Of a stretch of DNA of 55,094 bases, positions 29,364 through 39,008 are shown piece by piece. The notes under the pieces are model-generated. The model was not told the origin of the DNA, did no database searches, and worked only from the letters and a program-made list of their open reading frames with translations. The number at the start of each line of letters is the position of its first letter. The stretch's first letter is position 1. The stretch comes from Alphaproteobacteria bacterium UBA3635 (GTDB lineage Bacteria > Pseudomonadota > Alphaproteobacteria > Rs-D84). A program made the position numbers and the translations under genes. The DNA is taken from the NCBI GenBank assembly GCA_002373935.1, contig DFKW01000009.1, forward strand, positions 1 through 55,094. The letters are read 5' to 3'.

Positions 29364-29951
29364 ATGTTGTGGTTTTTTATCGTTTTGGTTGCATATATGC
29401 TGGGCAGTGTGCCGATGGGCGTCATTTTAACAAAAATTTTCGGTTATGGCGATTTGCGTCGTGTCGGCAGTGGTAATATCGGGGCAACAAATGTGATGCG
29501 GGTTGGGGGACTGCGTATCGCGGGGTTGGTTTGGATTTTGGATATGATTAAGGCCATGTTGGCGGTATGGTTGGGTATGTATTTTGGTGGTGTGGTCGCG
29601 GGTGCCTGGTGTGGGTTGGGCGCCATTGTTGGACACTGTTTTCCGGTTTGGCTGCGTTTCCATGGGGGCAAGGGCGTGTCGTGCATGTTTGGTATTATGT
29701 TGGCGATGAATCCGGTGATTTTTGTTGTGTGTGGTATCGAGTGGCTGATTGTTGCGTTGGGAAGTGGTAAATCGTCCGCCGGCGCGTTGGTTGTGTTTGG
29801 GTTGCTGCCGATTTTGGGGTTTGTGATGAATATGGGCGTGGGTTGGGCGTTTTTGGCAATGTCGGCGTTGTGTGTGTGGCGGCATAGGGATAATATTTTG
29901 CGCCTGGTGCGGGGACAAGAATCCAGTATTCAGTGGCGGTGGCGCAAATAA
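29364..29951 (+). CDS. plsY: glycerol-3-phosphate acyltransferase PlsY
   Basis: GSGNIGATNVMR, GHCFPVW..F.GGKGV, RH..NI.RL..G.E. Confidence 0.95.
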   Translation: MLWFFIVLVAYMLGSVPMGVILTKIFGYGDLRRVGSGNIGATNVMRVGGLRIAGLVWILDMIKAMLAVWLGMYFGGVVAGAWCGLGAIVGHCFPVWLRFHGGKGVSCMFGIMLAMNPVIFVVCGIEWLIVALGSGKSSAGALVVFGLLPILGFVMNMGVGWAFLAMSALCVWRHRDNILRLVRGQESSIQWRWRK

Positions 29952-30088
29952 TATCAAAATGCAAAGTTCAGTTAATGTGTCGGCGCAGCCGACCGTTTTT
30001 TTATAAATCAAATAAATCCGTTGTTTTTAGGGGCGATTTGTGGTATAATATGTCAAAAGAGATTTTGCATATTGTGGGGGGCAAGGAT

Positions 30089-30940
30089 ATGAGAAAACAT
30101 ATCGCAATATTTTTTATTTGTATGATGGTTGTGCCGGCGTATGCCGCATCTCGTTCTATGGTGGGAACGGTAAATTCGGGTGCGCGTCCCGGTTTGGTGA
30201 CACAACAATTAATGCCGACATTGTCTGTATCGCATGGTGCAAAAACAAATGGTGTTGTGCCGGGGGCAACGGTGGGTGCGACAAATGGCGCCGCAACGGG
30301 GGCCGCGGTTGCCGTTATGGATGATGAACCAAAACCTGTCGTCAATCGCGACAAAGAAAGAATTGCATGTTTAAGTAACAATGTTGGCGTTGGAAATACT
30401 TTTGTTTGGGCGTCGAAAAACAGTAATACATCAAATTATGCGTCCATGGTCGAAGATGTGAACAATCCGGAAAACAATGTCTGTTTCGTGTTGGTGGGAA
30501 TGCGGGCCGATGATAATAAAATTGTGATGTCTGATATTCAGCCACAATATTTCCAGTGGGGGCAAAATATAACCTGTGGTGCGTGGGCCGATGAGGCAAA
30601 ATTAGAAAAGCGCATTTTGGATGCGAAAAAAACTGCACGCACGTTGGCAACCGTTGGTGGTGCCGTCGGTGGCGCGGGTATTGGTGTTGGTGCCATGGAA
30701 TTGTTCGGAAATCGCGCGTTGTCTAATATAAATGGTCTGGAGGGATTAGAGGGACAAAAGCAATATACCGAGTGGTCTGTCGATTGGTATAGGGCTAAGT
30801 TGGCACAGTTGGAAAAAGAAAACAAGGTTGAGTATGATAGTTTTGTGGAATTGGTCGGTAAATTAAAGGCCGAGTGCAATAAAAGCAATCCTGATGCAAA
30901 ATGTAAAGATGCACGATATCAGGCATTGTTGCAGTTGTAA
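30089..30940 (+). CDS. secreted glycine-zipper protein, paralogue of 1306..2127
   Basis: SD AAGGA; signal peptide; near-identical core. Confidence 0.8.
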   Translation: MRKHIAIFFICMMVVPAYAASRSMVGTVNSGARPGLVTQQLMPTLSVSHGAKTNGVVPGATVGATNGAATGAAVAVMDDEPKPVVNRDKERIACLSNNVGVGNTFVWASKNSNTSNYASMVEDVNNPENNVCFVLVGMRADDNKIVMSDIQPQYFQWGQNITCGAWADEAKLEKRILDAKKTARTLATVGGAVGGAGIGVGAMELFGNRALSNINGLEGLEGQKQYTEWSVDWYRAKLAQLEKENKVEYDSFVELVGKLKAECNKSNPDAKCKDARYQALLQL

Positions 30941-31037
30941 TGCAAATATTTATGTTGCAGAATTTTTCCCGTGGTATGTCGCCGCGGGATTTTTTATGGG
31001 TTGCGATTGAGATGGGCGTTTGGTATGTTTTGATAAA

Positions 31038-32075
31038 ATGGATTTTAATATGGATGATATTTTCAACAGGTTATTGATTCTGAGGTCGCCAGGTGTCGGT
31101 CCGGTGGGGTATCAAAATTTGGTTAAACAATTTGGGTCTGTTGCGGCGGCCGCGGCGGCGGTGGGGACGGATGTGGCGCTGTGTGATGCGGTTTCGCGCG
31201 AAATGGATGTGGCGGCAAAAAATTCTGTGCGGTTTATATCGGATGCGTCGGAATATTATCCGGATATGTTAAAAAGTGTTAAAAATCATCCGCCGGTGAT
31301 TTCTGTGCGCGGAAATATCGAAACACTGCGCCGGCAAATGGTCGGTATTGTCGGAACACGGCATGCGACGGCGGCGGGAATGCGATTCGTCGCGGAGTTG
31401 GCCGAATCTTTTGCGGCACATGATATTGCGGTTGTGTCGGGGATGGCAATGGGAACCGATACGGCGGCACACCGTGGGGCTTTGCGCGCCATAGGCGATA
31501 TGCAGACGGTCGCGGTTTTGGCCGGTGGTGTCGATTATATTTGGCCGGCGGAAAACGAATCGTTGTATTGGGAAATCGTGGAACGCGGCGCCGTTATCAG
31601 CGAGATGCCGGTCGGTTTTGTACCAAAGGGCCCTAACTTTGTGCAAAGAAATCGATGGATTGCCGCGCTGACCGAGCAATTGATTTTAAGCGAGGCCGAT
31701 TTGCATTCGGGCAGTATGCGAACCGCAGATTTCGCAATCGGGTTAAACCGTCGGTTGTGGGCGGTGCCGTCGCATCCGACGGATGCGCGATCGCTGGGGC
31801 CAAATTCTTTGATTGCACGGGGCGTGGCGCGGTTGTGTTCGGGCGTGGGGGACTTTTTCACGGATGGGGTAAAATCTGGGACGGGGAATGAAAAAAATTC
31901 AAAAAATACCGATGCGGAAAATTTAATTTTAGATGCGATTGGTTCGGTCCCGGTTTCTGAATCTGTATTGGCAGAAGTTGTCAAAAAAAGTGTTTCGGAA
32001 ATCAAACGCGATTTGGTTGTTTTAGAATTGCGCGGTTTGGTGCAAAAACAGAACGGTGGTTATGTCAGATTGTGA
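31038..32075 (+). CDS. dprA: DNA-processing protein DprA
   Basis: IVGTR.A, VVSGMA.G.D..AH, F..RNR.I, C-terminal winged helix. Confidence 0.93.
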   Translation: MDFNMDDIFNRLLILRSPGVGPVGYQNLVKQFGSVAAAAAAVGTDVALCDAVSREMDVAAKNSVRFISDASEYYPDMLKSVKNHPPVISVRGNIETLRRQMVGIVGTRHATAAGMRFVAELAESFAAHDIAVVSGMAMGTDTAAHRGALRAIGDMQTVAVLAGGVDYIWPAENESLYWEIVERGAVISEMPVGFVPKGPNFVQRNRWIAALTEQLILSEADLHSGSMRTADFAIGLNRRLWAVPSHPTDARSLGPNSLIARGVARLCSGVGDFFTDGVKSGTGNEKNSKNTDAENLILDAIGSVPVSESVLAEVVKKSVSEIKRDLVVLELRGLVQKQNGGYVRL

Positions 32076-32083
32076 TAAAAATC

Positions 32084-32107
32084 TTGTCAATACAATGTAT
32101 ATACATT
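32084..32107. promoter_or_regulatory. tandem TGT-N4-ACA operator-like sites upstream of dnaA
   Basis: TTGTCAATACA (identical to 52646-52656) overlapping the palindrome AATGTATATACATT. Confidence 0.45.
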
Positions 32108-32573
32108 AGGCGAAAAACCGGGAAAAAAACGAATCGTTGTCAAAATATAAAAGTTGAAAAATGTTCTAAGAAATTGTTGAAAACTGACACGGGTGTTATA
32201 AATTTGTAGTGTCAAAAAAGAAAAAGAGAAACAAAAAAACCAAAATAACATTTGATGATCTGAATTTTTGGGTGTCGGGCGTTTTTTGTGGCAAATGTTT
32301 TTGAATTAAAATGTTTGGGCATGATAAAAAAAACAGGTCTGAAAAAAATTAAATTATCAAATCAAATTTTTGCGAGAGAGAGTAGGGCATAAATAAACAT
32401 TAAATTTTTTATCTGAAAATAAAACCCAGATAAAATTTACTGTTTTTGTGCAGGTGGCTTTTGCAACATTTTTTGAAAATATTCAATGTAAATGTTGCGG
32501 AATAAAACGGTTTGAAAATCTCTTGCGCGGGCAGGAAACTCTTTTCAGAAAGGAAGGAAAAGGAGAAAACGAC

Positions 32574-33845
32574 ATGCAGGCAGCAACATTAAAACAAAAC
32601 CCAGATGTATCGGTGATTCGCGATATGATTGCGGGTGAAATGGATTCTGGGGCATGGACGGCATGGATTGCGCCATTGAATTTTGAAATTGAGGGTAGTG
32701 TGTTGGTGCTGACGGCGCAAAATCAGTTTTCTGCGGATTATATTTCGGGTGTTTATGGTGCGTTATTAAAAAATGTTGCGGGCGAATTTGGATTGTCTGT
32801 TAAATTGGTTGTACGTGGTGTTGCACCGTCCACAATCGCAAATGATAACAATGTGCAATCTTATGATGCGCCGGCGACAGATGATGCGGTCGCATCGGTT
32901 GCGTTCGATGCGTTTATTTCATCAGATGAAAATGCGTTCGCGTTGACGGCGGCGAAACGCGTGGCATCCGCGGCGGTGTCTTTTTCACCATTGTTTATTT
33001 ATGGACCGGCGGGTTGTGGGAAATCTTTGTTGGCGGGTTGTATCAAATCCGAATCGGAAAATGTTATTTTGATGTCGGGTGCGGGGTTTGTTTCGGAATT
33101 TGCGCGCGCGTTGAAAAACCGTAATGTGTTCGCGTTCAAAGATTTTTGTCGTAATTGCAATACTTTTATTTTGGACGATGTGCAAAGTTTGGCGGGTAAA
33201 AATGCAACAATGGATGAATTCTTGCAGTTGGTGTTGGATTTGCGTGCGGCGGGTAAAAATGTTGTTTTGACGTCCACCGTGGCACCAAATGCATTGACCG
33301 GTTTTGACAGACGCGCACAATCATTATTGGCATCCGGGTTGGTGGTTGATATGGCGGCGCCAAATGCAAATGTTAAACGCGAAATGTTGGTGCGTGCCGG
33401 GGTTAAATCCGACATCGCCGATGCAATTGCAAAACGCGTTGCGGGCAACGGTCATTTGATTGCCGGTGTTGCAAACAAAATCAAAACATATTCTGAATTG
33501 ATGGGGACGGACGCCACATTGGATGTTGTGGAACATTTGTTGGCGGACACATTGGAAAAATCAAAAACACCTGTTTCTATGGTTAAAATGATGTGCGAAA
33601 AATTGGGTGTTTCATACGATGCAATTTGTGGGGCGGGGCGGTCGAAATCTTTGGTGTTGGCGCGTCAAATTATTATGGTTGTGTTGAAAAAATCGACACG
33701 TTTGTCCCTGGCCGAAATTGGGAATTATGTTGGTAATCGCGATCATGCGACCGTTATGTATGCGTTGCGTCAAATTGAAAAAATGCAATCGTCTGATTTG
33801 ATGCTCTCGGCACAAATCAATCAATTTATCGCCGAATGCAAATAG
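32574..33845 (+). CDS. dnaA: chromosomal replication initiator DnaA (divergent)
   Basis: Domain I W..WI.PL; PLFIYG..G.GKS; LDDVQ; domain IV RQ..M...SL.EIG..RDH.TV. Confidence 0.88.
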   Translation: MQAATLKQNPDVSVIRDMIAGEMDSGAWTAWIAPLNFEIEGSVLVLTAQNQFSADYISGVYGALLKNVAGEFGLSVKLVVRGVAPSTIANDNNVQSYDAPATDDAVASVAFDAFISSDENAFALTAAKRVASAAVSFSPLFIYGPAGCGKSLLAGCIKSESENVILMSGAGFVSEFARALKNRNVFAFKDFCRNCNTFILDDVQSLAGKNATMDEFLQLVLDLRAAGKNVVLTSTVAPNALTGFDRRAQSLLASGLVVDMAAPNANVKREMLVRAGVKSDIADAIAKRVAGNGHLIAGVANKIKTYSELMGTDATLDVVEHLLADTLEKSKTPVSMVKMMCEKLGVSYDAICGAGRSKSLVLARQIIMVVLKKSTRLSLAEIGNYVGNRDHATVMYALRQIEKMQSSDLMLSAQINQFIAECK

Positions 33846-33856
33846 GGGGTATAAAA

Positions 33857-34867
33857 ATGAAATATCCAGAATATTCGATTATAAATTCTTTTGACCCGTT
33901 TGATGGGGTTATTTTTGTTTTGAATAAATTAAAATGCATGTTAAGAATTGTAATTTGCACATTGACGGGTGACAAGCGGCGGCGTTTGATGCGTGTGCGA
34001 AAATTAGAATTACTGCGGTATTGTGGCGGAAATTTATATGGACATCGGTCTTTAAATCTGGGGATGATTCGTGGGTTCAAGCGATTGGGAATACCGTTTT
34101 TGTGGAATCGGGTGACCAAACATACGAAATGCGTTATTTTGTTGTGGTGCAAAGAAAAAGAGTTAAAAAAAGTTGAAAAAATAAAACGAAAATATCCGCA
34201 TGTTGTGGTTGTGACAGCGCCGACGGGTTGTTTTGGTGATATAAAAAAATTTATAGCGTCGCCGGCAATCGATTATATTTCTGCGGCGTCGGCGTGGCAT
34301 AAAAAATCGATAATTCATAGCGCCAATGTAGATAAAAAATCACAGCGTAAATTGTTTATATGGCCCACCGGGGTCCAGGTTGACCCACTGCCACGCGATA
34401 ATGATAAAATAAATATGGCGGTTTTGTGCTATTATAAATTGGTACCGGAAAATCCAAAAATAACCCAGTATTTGACGTCGCACGGAATAAAAACGCATGT
34501 GGTGCATTATGGCGCATACCAATTAGAAGATTATCGTAAATTGCTGGATTCAGTGGACTTTGTGATTGATGTCCAAGATATTGTTGAATCCCAGGGTTTG
34601 GCCGTGGCCGAAGCATGGGCGAAAAATAGACCCACGATTATCAAGCACAATGTAAATGCGATGGGGGGCGAAACATGTCCGTATTTAACGCGGGATACCG
34701 GGATGTTTTATGATACGGATAAAGATTTGTTCAAAATCATTGATGAATATGTGGCGGGGCCGGAAAAGTTTTTGAAAAAATTCAAACCGTATAAAGTTGC
34801 CACCGAAAAATTTTCAGACGAGGCATCGATTAAATATTTGATGGGTTTTTTGAAAAAAACAATATAA
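33857..34867 (+). CDS. glycosyltransferase (GT-B/GT4-like)
   Basis: ESQGLAVAEAWA..P motif near the C-terminus. Confidence 0.6.
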   Translation: MKYPEYSIINSFDPFDGVIFVLNKLKCMLRIVICTLTGDKRRRLMRVRKLELLRYCGGNLYGHRSLNLGMIRGFKRLGIPFLWNRVTKHTKCVILLWCKEKELKKVEKIKRKYPHVVVVTAPTGCFGDIKKFIASPAIDYISAASAWHKKSIIHSANVDKKSQRKLFIWPTGVQVDPLPRDNDKINMAVLCYYKLVPENPKITQYLTSHGIKTHVVHYGAYQLEDYRKLLDSVDFVIDVQDIVESQGLAVAEAWAKNRPTIIKHNVNAMGGETCPYLTRDTGMFYDTDKDLFKIIDEYVAGPEKFLKKFKPYKVATEKFSDEASIKYLMGFLKKTI

Positions 34868-34872
34868 TGGGC

Positions 34873-34938
34873 ATCTGCTTGATAACGACTCGTTTATGTG
34901 GGGTTTACTACACTGCACTCGTCGTTATCGGCGCATCT
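34873..34938. repeat. family A hairpin repeat
   Basis: Consensus loops with stem GATAACGAC/GTCGTTATC. Confidence 0.85.
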
Positions 34939-34970
34939 GTCGCATTATATTGTTTTTTTGTGATGTTTTT

Positions 34971-36947
34971 TTATACAAATAAATCTTTGACAAACTGGGC
35001 GTGTTCGGTGATGAATTTGAAACGAAATTCCGGTTTTTTACCCATCAATTCGGTCACAATCGTGCGTGTTTTTTCCGTGTCTTCGGCGCCGTCGTCGGTT
35101 TTTGGTGGTAAATCAATACGAATTAAACGACGGGTTTTTGGCGACATGGTTGTTTCCTTTAATTGATTTGGCATCATTTCGCCCAAACCTTTGAATCGGG
35201 AAATTTCCACCCGTTTGTTTTTATATTTGCCGTTTTGCAATTTTTCCAATTCTTCGTCCGAATCGATATAGAATGATTCGGTCCCGCATGTCAATTTATA
35301 CAATGGCGGGCAAGACAAATATAAATGCCCCCCATAAATCAATTGAGGCATATATTGATAGAAAAATGCCATCAACAGGGATGCAATATGACTGCCGTCG
35401 ACATCGGCATCGGTCATAACAATAATTTTTTCATAACGCAATTTATCGTCGTTCCAATCCTTGGCCGTGCCGGCACCAATAATATCAATCAAATCATTTA
35501 ATTCACGGTTGGCACTGAATCGTTCGTCCGAATTAGATAACACGTTTAACACCTTGCCACGCAGGGGCATAATTGCCTGGGTTGCGCGGTCACGTGCCTG
35601 TTTTGCGGTGCCACCCGCCGATTCGCCCTCGACAATAAATAATTCGGTGCCTTCAACCCCGTGTTTGGTGCAATCCGCCAATTTTGCCGGCATACGAATA
35701 CGTTTAGTTGGGGTTTTACGGGCGATATCTTTGACCTGTTTTGTTTTGATACGCGCGTTCGCCAAATTGATAATAAACGACAATAACGCGTTTGATGTTT
35801 TCGGGTCAGATGCCAAAAACATTTCCCATGGGTCACGCAGGGCGTTTTCAACATATCGTGCAATTTCCGGATTGGATAATTTTTCCTTGGTCTGGCCCAG
35901 GAATTGCGGTGTTTTATAAAATACCGATACAATCGCCGCAACCGAATCGAAAACATCTTCGCTGACGATTGTGGATGCCGCCTTGTTATTTGTTTTTTCA
36001 CCGTATGCCTTAATCCCGCGGGTGATGGCAGATTTAAATCCACTTTCGTGTGTGCCGCCGTCGATTGTCGCAATCGTGTTGCAATATGATGCAAAAAATC
36101 CGTCGTCAGATGCCGCACCGTTTTCGTCGGTTAAAAATGTCAATGCCCATTCAACGCGACCCGAATCGTCCGGAAAATCAATCGAACCGGAAAACATGCG
36201 TGGTAAAATGCGTGGTTTGGAATCGGTTTTTTCCGCCAAGAAATCAGATACCCCGTTCGGGTAATAAAATGTTGTGGTGGCCGGGATATTCATATCGTCG
36301 GTCAGTAATTCCGGATTGCAAATCCAATCGATTTTTATCCCACGGGACAGGAACGATTTCGCACGCGCCATACGATAAATCTTGACGGGTTTGAATGCCG
36401 CGTTTTCGCCAAAAATTTCATCGTCGATTGTAAATCTGATTTTTGTGCCGTGATTTTTTGTGGCATCCCCACGTGTGATTGGTGATGTTGTTTTACCACG
36501 TGAAAATGTTTGATGCCATTGGTATCCATCGCGTGAAATCGTCACATCCATATTGGATGATAACGCGTTCACAACCGCCGAACCAACCCCGTGCAGACCG
36601 CCAGACGTTTTATAAACATTATTATTAAACTTGCCGCCTGAATGCAGGGTGGTTAAAATAACCTCCAGTGCGGATTTGCCCGGATATTTTGGGTGTTCGT
36701 CAACCGGAATGCCACGGCCGTCATCGGTGATTTCGATTGTTTTTGCATCAATTAAATTGACCGTAATGCGTTTGGCGAAACCGGCCACGGCCTCGTCAAT
36801 ACTGTTATCCATAATTTCAACCGGTAAATGGTGCCATGCCTTTTCGTCGGTGCCACCGATATACATACCGGGGCGCAGGCGAACGGGTTCCAGACCCTCT
36901 AAGACCTGGATATCGGATGCGTCATAAGATGTATTTTTTTCTGCCAT
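34971..36947 (-). CDS. parE: DNA topoisomerase IV subunit B
   Basis: VLEGLEPVR.RPGMYIGGTDE, GLHGVG, VEGESAGG, DADVDGSHI; 658 aa, lacking the GyrB insertion. Confidence 0.88.
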   Translation of the reverse strand: MAEKNTSYDASDIQVLEGLEPVRLRPGMYIGGTDEKAWHHLPVEIMDNSIDEAVAGFAKRITVNLIDAKTIEITDDGRGIPVDEHPKYPGKSALEVILTTLHSGGKFNNNVYKTSGGLHGVGSAVVNALSSNMDVTISRDGYQWHQTFSRGKTTSPITRGDATKNHGTKIRFTIDDEIFGENAAFKPVKIYRMARAKSFLSRGIKIDWICNPELLTDDMNIPATTTFYYPNGVSDFLAEKTDSKPRILPRMFSGSIDFPDDSGRVEWALTFLTDENGAASDDGFFASYCNTIATIDGGTHESGFKSAITRGIKAYGEKTNNKAASTIVSEDVFDSVAAIVSVFYKTPQFLGQTKEKLSNPEIARYVENALRDPWEMFLASDPKTSNALLSFIINLANARIKTKQVKDIARKTPTKRIRMPAKLADCTKHGVEGTELFIVEGESAGGTAKQARDRATQAIMPLRGKVLNVLSNSDERFSANRELNDLIDIIGAGTAKDWNDDKLRYEKIIVMTDADVDGSHIASLLMAFFYQYMPQLIYGGHLYLSCPPLYKLTCGTESFYIDSDEELEKLQNGKYKNKRVEISRFKGLGEMMPNQLKETTMSPKTRRLIRIDLPPKTDDGAEDTEKTRTIVTELMGKKPEFRFKFITEHAQFVKDLFV

Positions 36948-37069
36948 AGTACCTTTATTATTAGAACATTATTAAATTTTTCGCAAGTTTGTTTTTTTGG
37001 GGCCATCCGGGGGTTGAATTTTTTTATAAATGAACTATATTTTTGGCATCGAATAAAGAGAACAATGTT

Positions 37070-38197
37070 ATGAATAAAAATCCGTATGAAGTTTTGGGTG
37101 TTGCACGTGATGCGTCGGATGCCGATATTAAAAAGGCATATCATAAATTGGTGATGAAATATCACCCTGATAAAAATCCGGGGGATAAATCCGCCGAAGA
37201 AAAATTCAAAGAAGTAAACAACGCGTTCGATATTTTAAAAGACCCACAAAAACGCGCGGCATACGACCGGTTTGGTGATGCGGCATTTGCCGGGGGTAAT
37301 GGCGCGTCGGCCGGTGCGGGTAATCCGTTTGGTGCCGGTTTTGGCGGGTTCGCGGGTGGCGCGGGAATGGACGATATACTGCGCGAGGCAATGCGTGGGT
37401 TTGGATTCGATGGGTTTGGTGGATTTGGTGGCGCACGTGGCGGGATGGATATGAACCGTGGACGCGATTTGTTGGATAATGTGACAATATCGTTGCGTGA
37501 TGCATATTTCGGCACAACACACACCGTTAAATTTTCCAGTAATGTGGCATGCGATAAATGTAATGGTAATGGCACGGATGATGGAAAACCTGCGCCGGTG
37601 TGTTCACGATGCGGGGGCAGTGGCGTTATTCATGCCCGCCAGGGATTTTTCGCGGTTGAAACCCCATGTCCGGAATGTAATGGTTTGGGGCGCAAGATTT
37701 CCAAGAAATGTTCAAAATGTGATGGAACGGGGACGGTGCATAAACAACGCACACTGGATGTGAAAATACCGGCGGGTGTCGCGGATGGTGCGCGGTTGCG
37801 CCTGAGCGGTCAGGGCGAGGCCGGACAAAACGGTGCGGCACCGGGCGATTTTTATATCGATGTCCATGTTGCGGCGGATGATAAATTTGAACGCGTGGGT
37901 GATGATTTGATTTATCGTGCGGATGTTCCGTTTGCAATACTGGCATTGGGTGGCGAAATAGATGTGCCAACAATTGATGATAAAAATTTGTCTGTCAAGG
38001 TTGCCGCCGGAACGCAAATTGGGGCGCGCCTGCGTGTGCGGGGGCACGGTATGCCAAATCCGCGGCGCAGCGGCAGTTTTGGCGATATGTATATTGAAAT
38101 ACATATGACGGTTCCAACGAAACTTACCGAAAAACAAAAGAAAGCGTTGGCGGAGTTTGCCAGTGGTTCTAAATCATCCAAAAAAAGTTGGTTTTAA
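37070..38197 (+). CDS. dnaJ: chaperone DnaJ
   Basis: HPD motif, G/F region, four CxxCxGxG repeats. Confidence 0.96.
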   Translation: MNKNPYEVLGVARDASDADIKKAYHKLVMKYHPDKNPGDKSAEEKFKEVNNAFDILKDPQKRAAYDRFGDAAFAGGNGASAGAGNPFGAGFGGFAGGAGMDDILREAMRGFGFDGFGGFGGARGGMDMNRGRDLLDNVTISLRDAYFGTTHTVKFSSNVACDKCNGNGTDDGKPAPVCSRCGGSGVIHARQGFFAVETPCPECNGLGRKISKKCSKCDGTGTVHKQRTLDVKIPAGVADGARLRLSGQGEAGQNGAAPGDFYIDVHVAADDKFERVGDDLIYRADVPFAILALGGEIDVPTIDDKNLSVKVAAGTQIGARLRVRGHGMPNPRRSGSFGDMYIEIHMTVPTKLTEKQKKALAEFASGSKSSKKSWF

Positions 38198-38223
38198 AAA
38201 ATCCCCCAATCGGGGGATTTTTT
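38196..38223. terminator. bidirectional terminator
   Basis: AAAAAATCCCCC-aatc-GGGGGATTTTTT. Confidence 0.8.
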
Positions 38224-38235
38224 ATTGAATTAAAT

Positions 38236-38835
38236 TTATCTTATCTTTTTCAATTTTTCGGCAAATGTAAATGTGTATTGAATTGCAGACCAAATGGATG
38301 CAACCAATGATGCCCATATAAATATAATGCCAAACTGGGACAGTATATTCATTGTTATCAACATATTCGCAGAAATCGTATCGGGTGTGACAATCGAACT
38401 GATTGCGAATAATGCCAAAAACGCAGTGATTGTCACCATTTGCAATGTGGTTTTAATTTTCCCCATGGAAAAACGATTTTTTGGAACCGGCATCGCGATT
38501 TTTTGTGTGCCCAAAAATTCACGCAGGCCGCTGATATACAATTCACGCGCAATCATTAAAATTACCGGGATAATGATAAACCAAAAACGCATCATCAATG
38601 CCAGCATGATAAATGTGTTCACAACCAATAATTTGTCGCCAATGTGATCCAGAACACCACCCAGTTTTGTGCAACAATCGAATTTGCGTGCCAAAAAACC
38701 GTCCGCCCAATCACTGAATGCCGCCAATGCGAATAATATCAATGATGTCCAATACCATTGCATCATCAATGTTGGTATTATTGCAAATGCAACGCAAATG
38801 CGAAAGATGGACAGCATGTTTACAATAAATTTCAT
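38236..38835 (-). CDS. pgsA: CDP-diacylglycerol--glycerol-3-phosphate phosphatidyltransferase
   Basis: DWADGFLAR...G..LD..GDK; downstream of uvrC. Confidence 0.88.
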   Translation of the reverse strand: MKFIVNMLSIFRICVAFAIIPTLMMQWYWTSLILFALAAFSDWADGFLARKFDCCTKLGGVLDHIGDKLLVVNTFIMLALMMRFWFIIIPVILMIARELYISGLREFLGTQKIAMPVPKNRFSMGKIKTTLQMVTITAFLALFAISSIVTPDTISANMLITMNILSQFGIIFIWASLVASIWSAIQYTFTFAEKLKKIR

Positions 38836-38874
38836 TTTTATCTCCTTTTGTGTTTTGATGGAAATATAACGGGT

Positions 38875-38938
38875 GTCTACTTGTTGTTTATTCGTTTATG
38901 TGGCACTTGTACACTGCGCTCATAAACAACGGCGTATA
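38875..38938. repeat. family A hairpin repeat
   Basis: Stem GTTGTTTAT/ATAAACAAC with conserved loops. Confidence 0.8.
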
Positions 38939-39008
38939 CCCCTCGTTCTCTTTCCATATTTTGTTTGATGCATCTGTGCATTCTATTTCGATATTGGGTT
39001 TTGTTGTA

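Noticed and set aside
32076-32573. oriC beside dnaA
   Set aside because: The region is AT-rich, but I saw no canonical DnaA boxes, and + strand genes look G/T-rich on both sides, suggesting no skew switch (judged by eye).
34971-36947. gyrB
   Set aside because: The length and the GLEPVR/IGGTDE motifs fit alphaproteobacterial ParE better.
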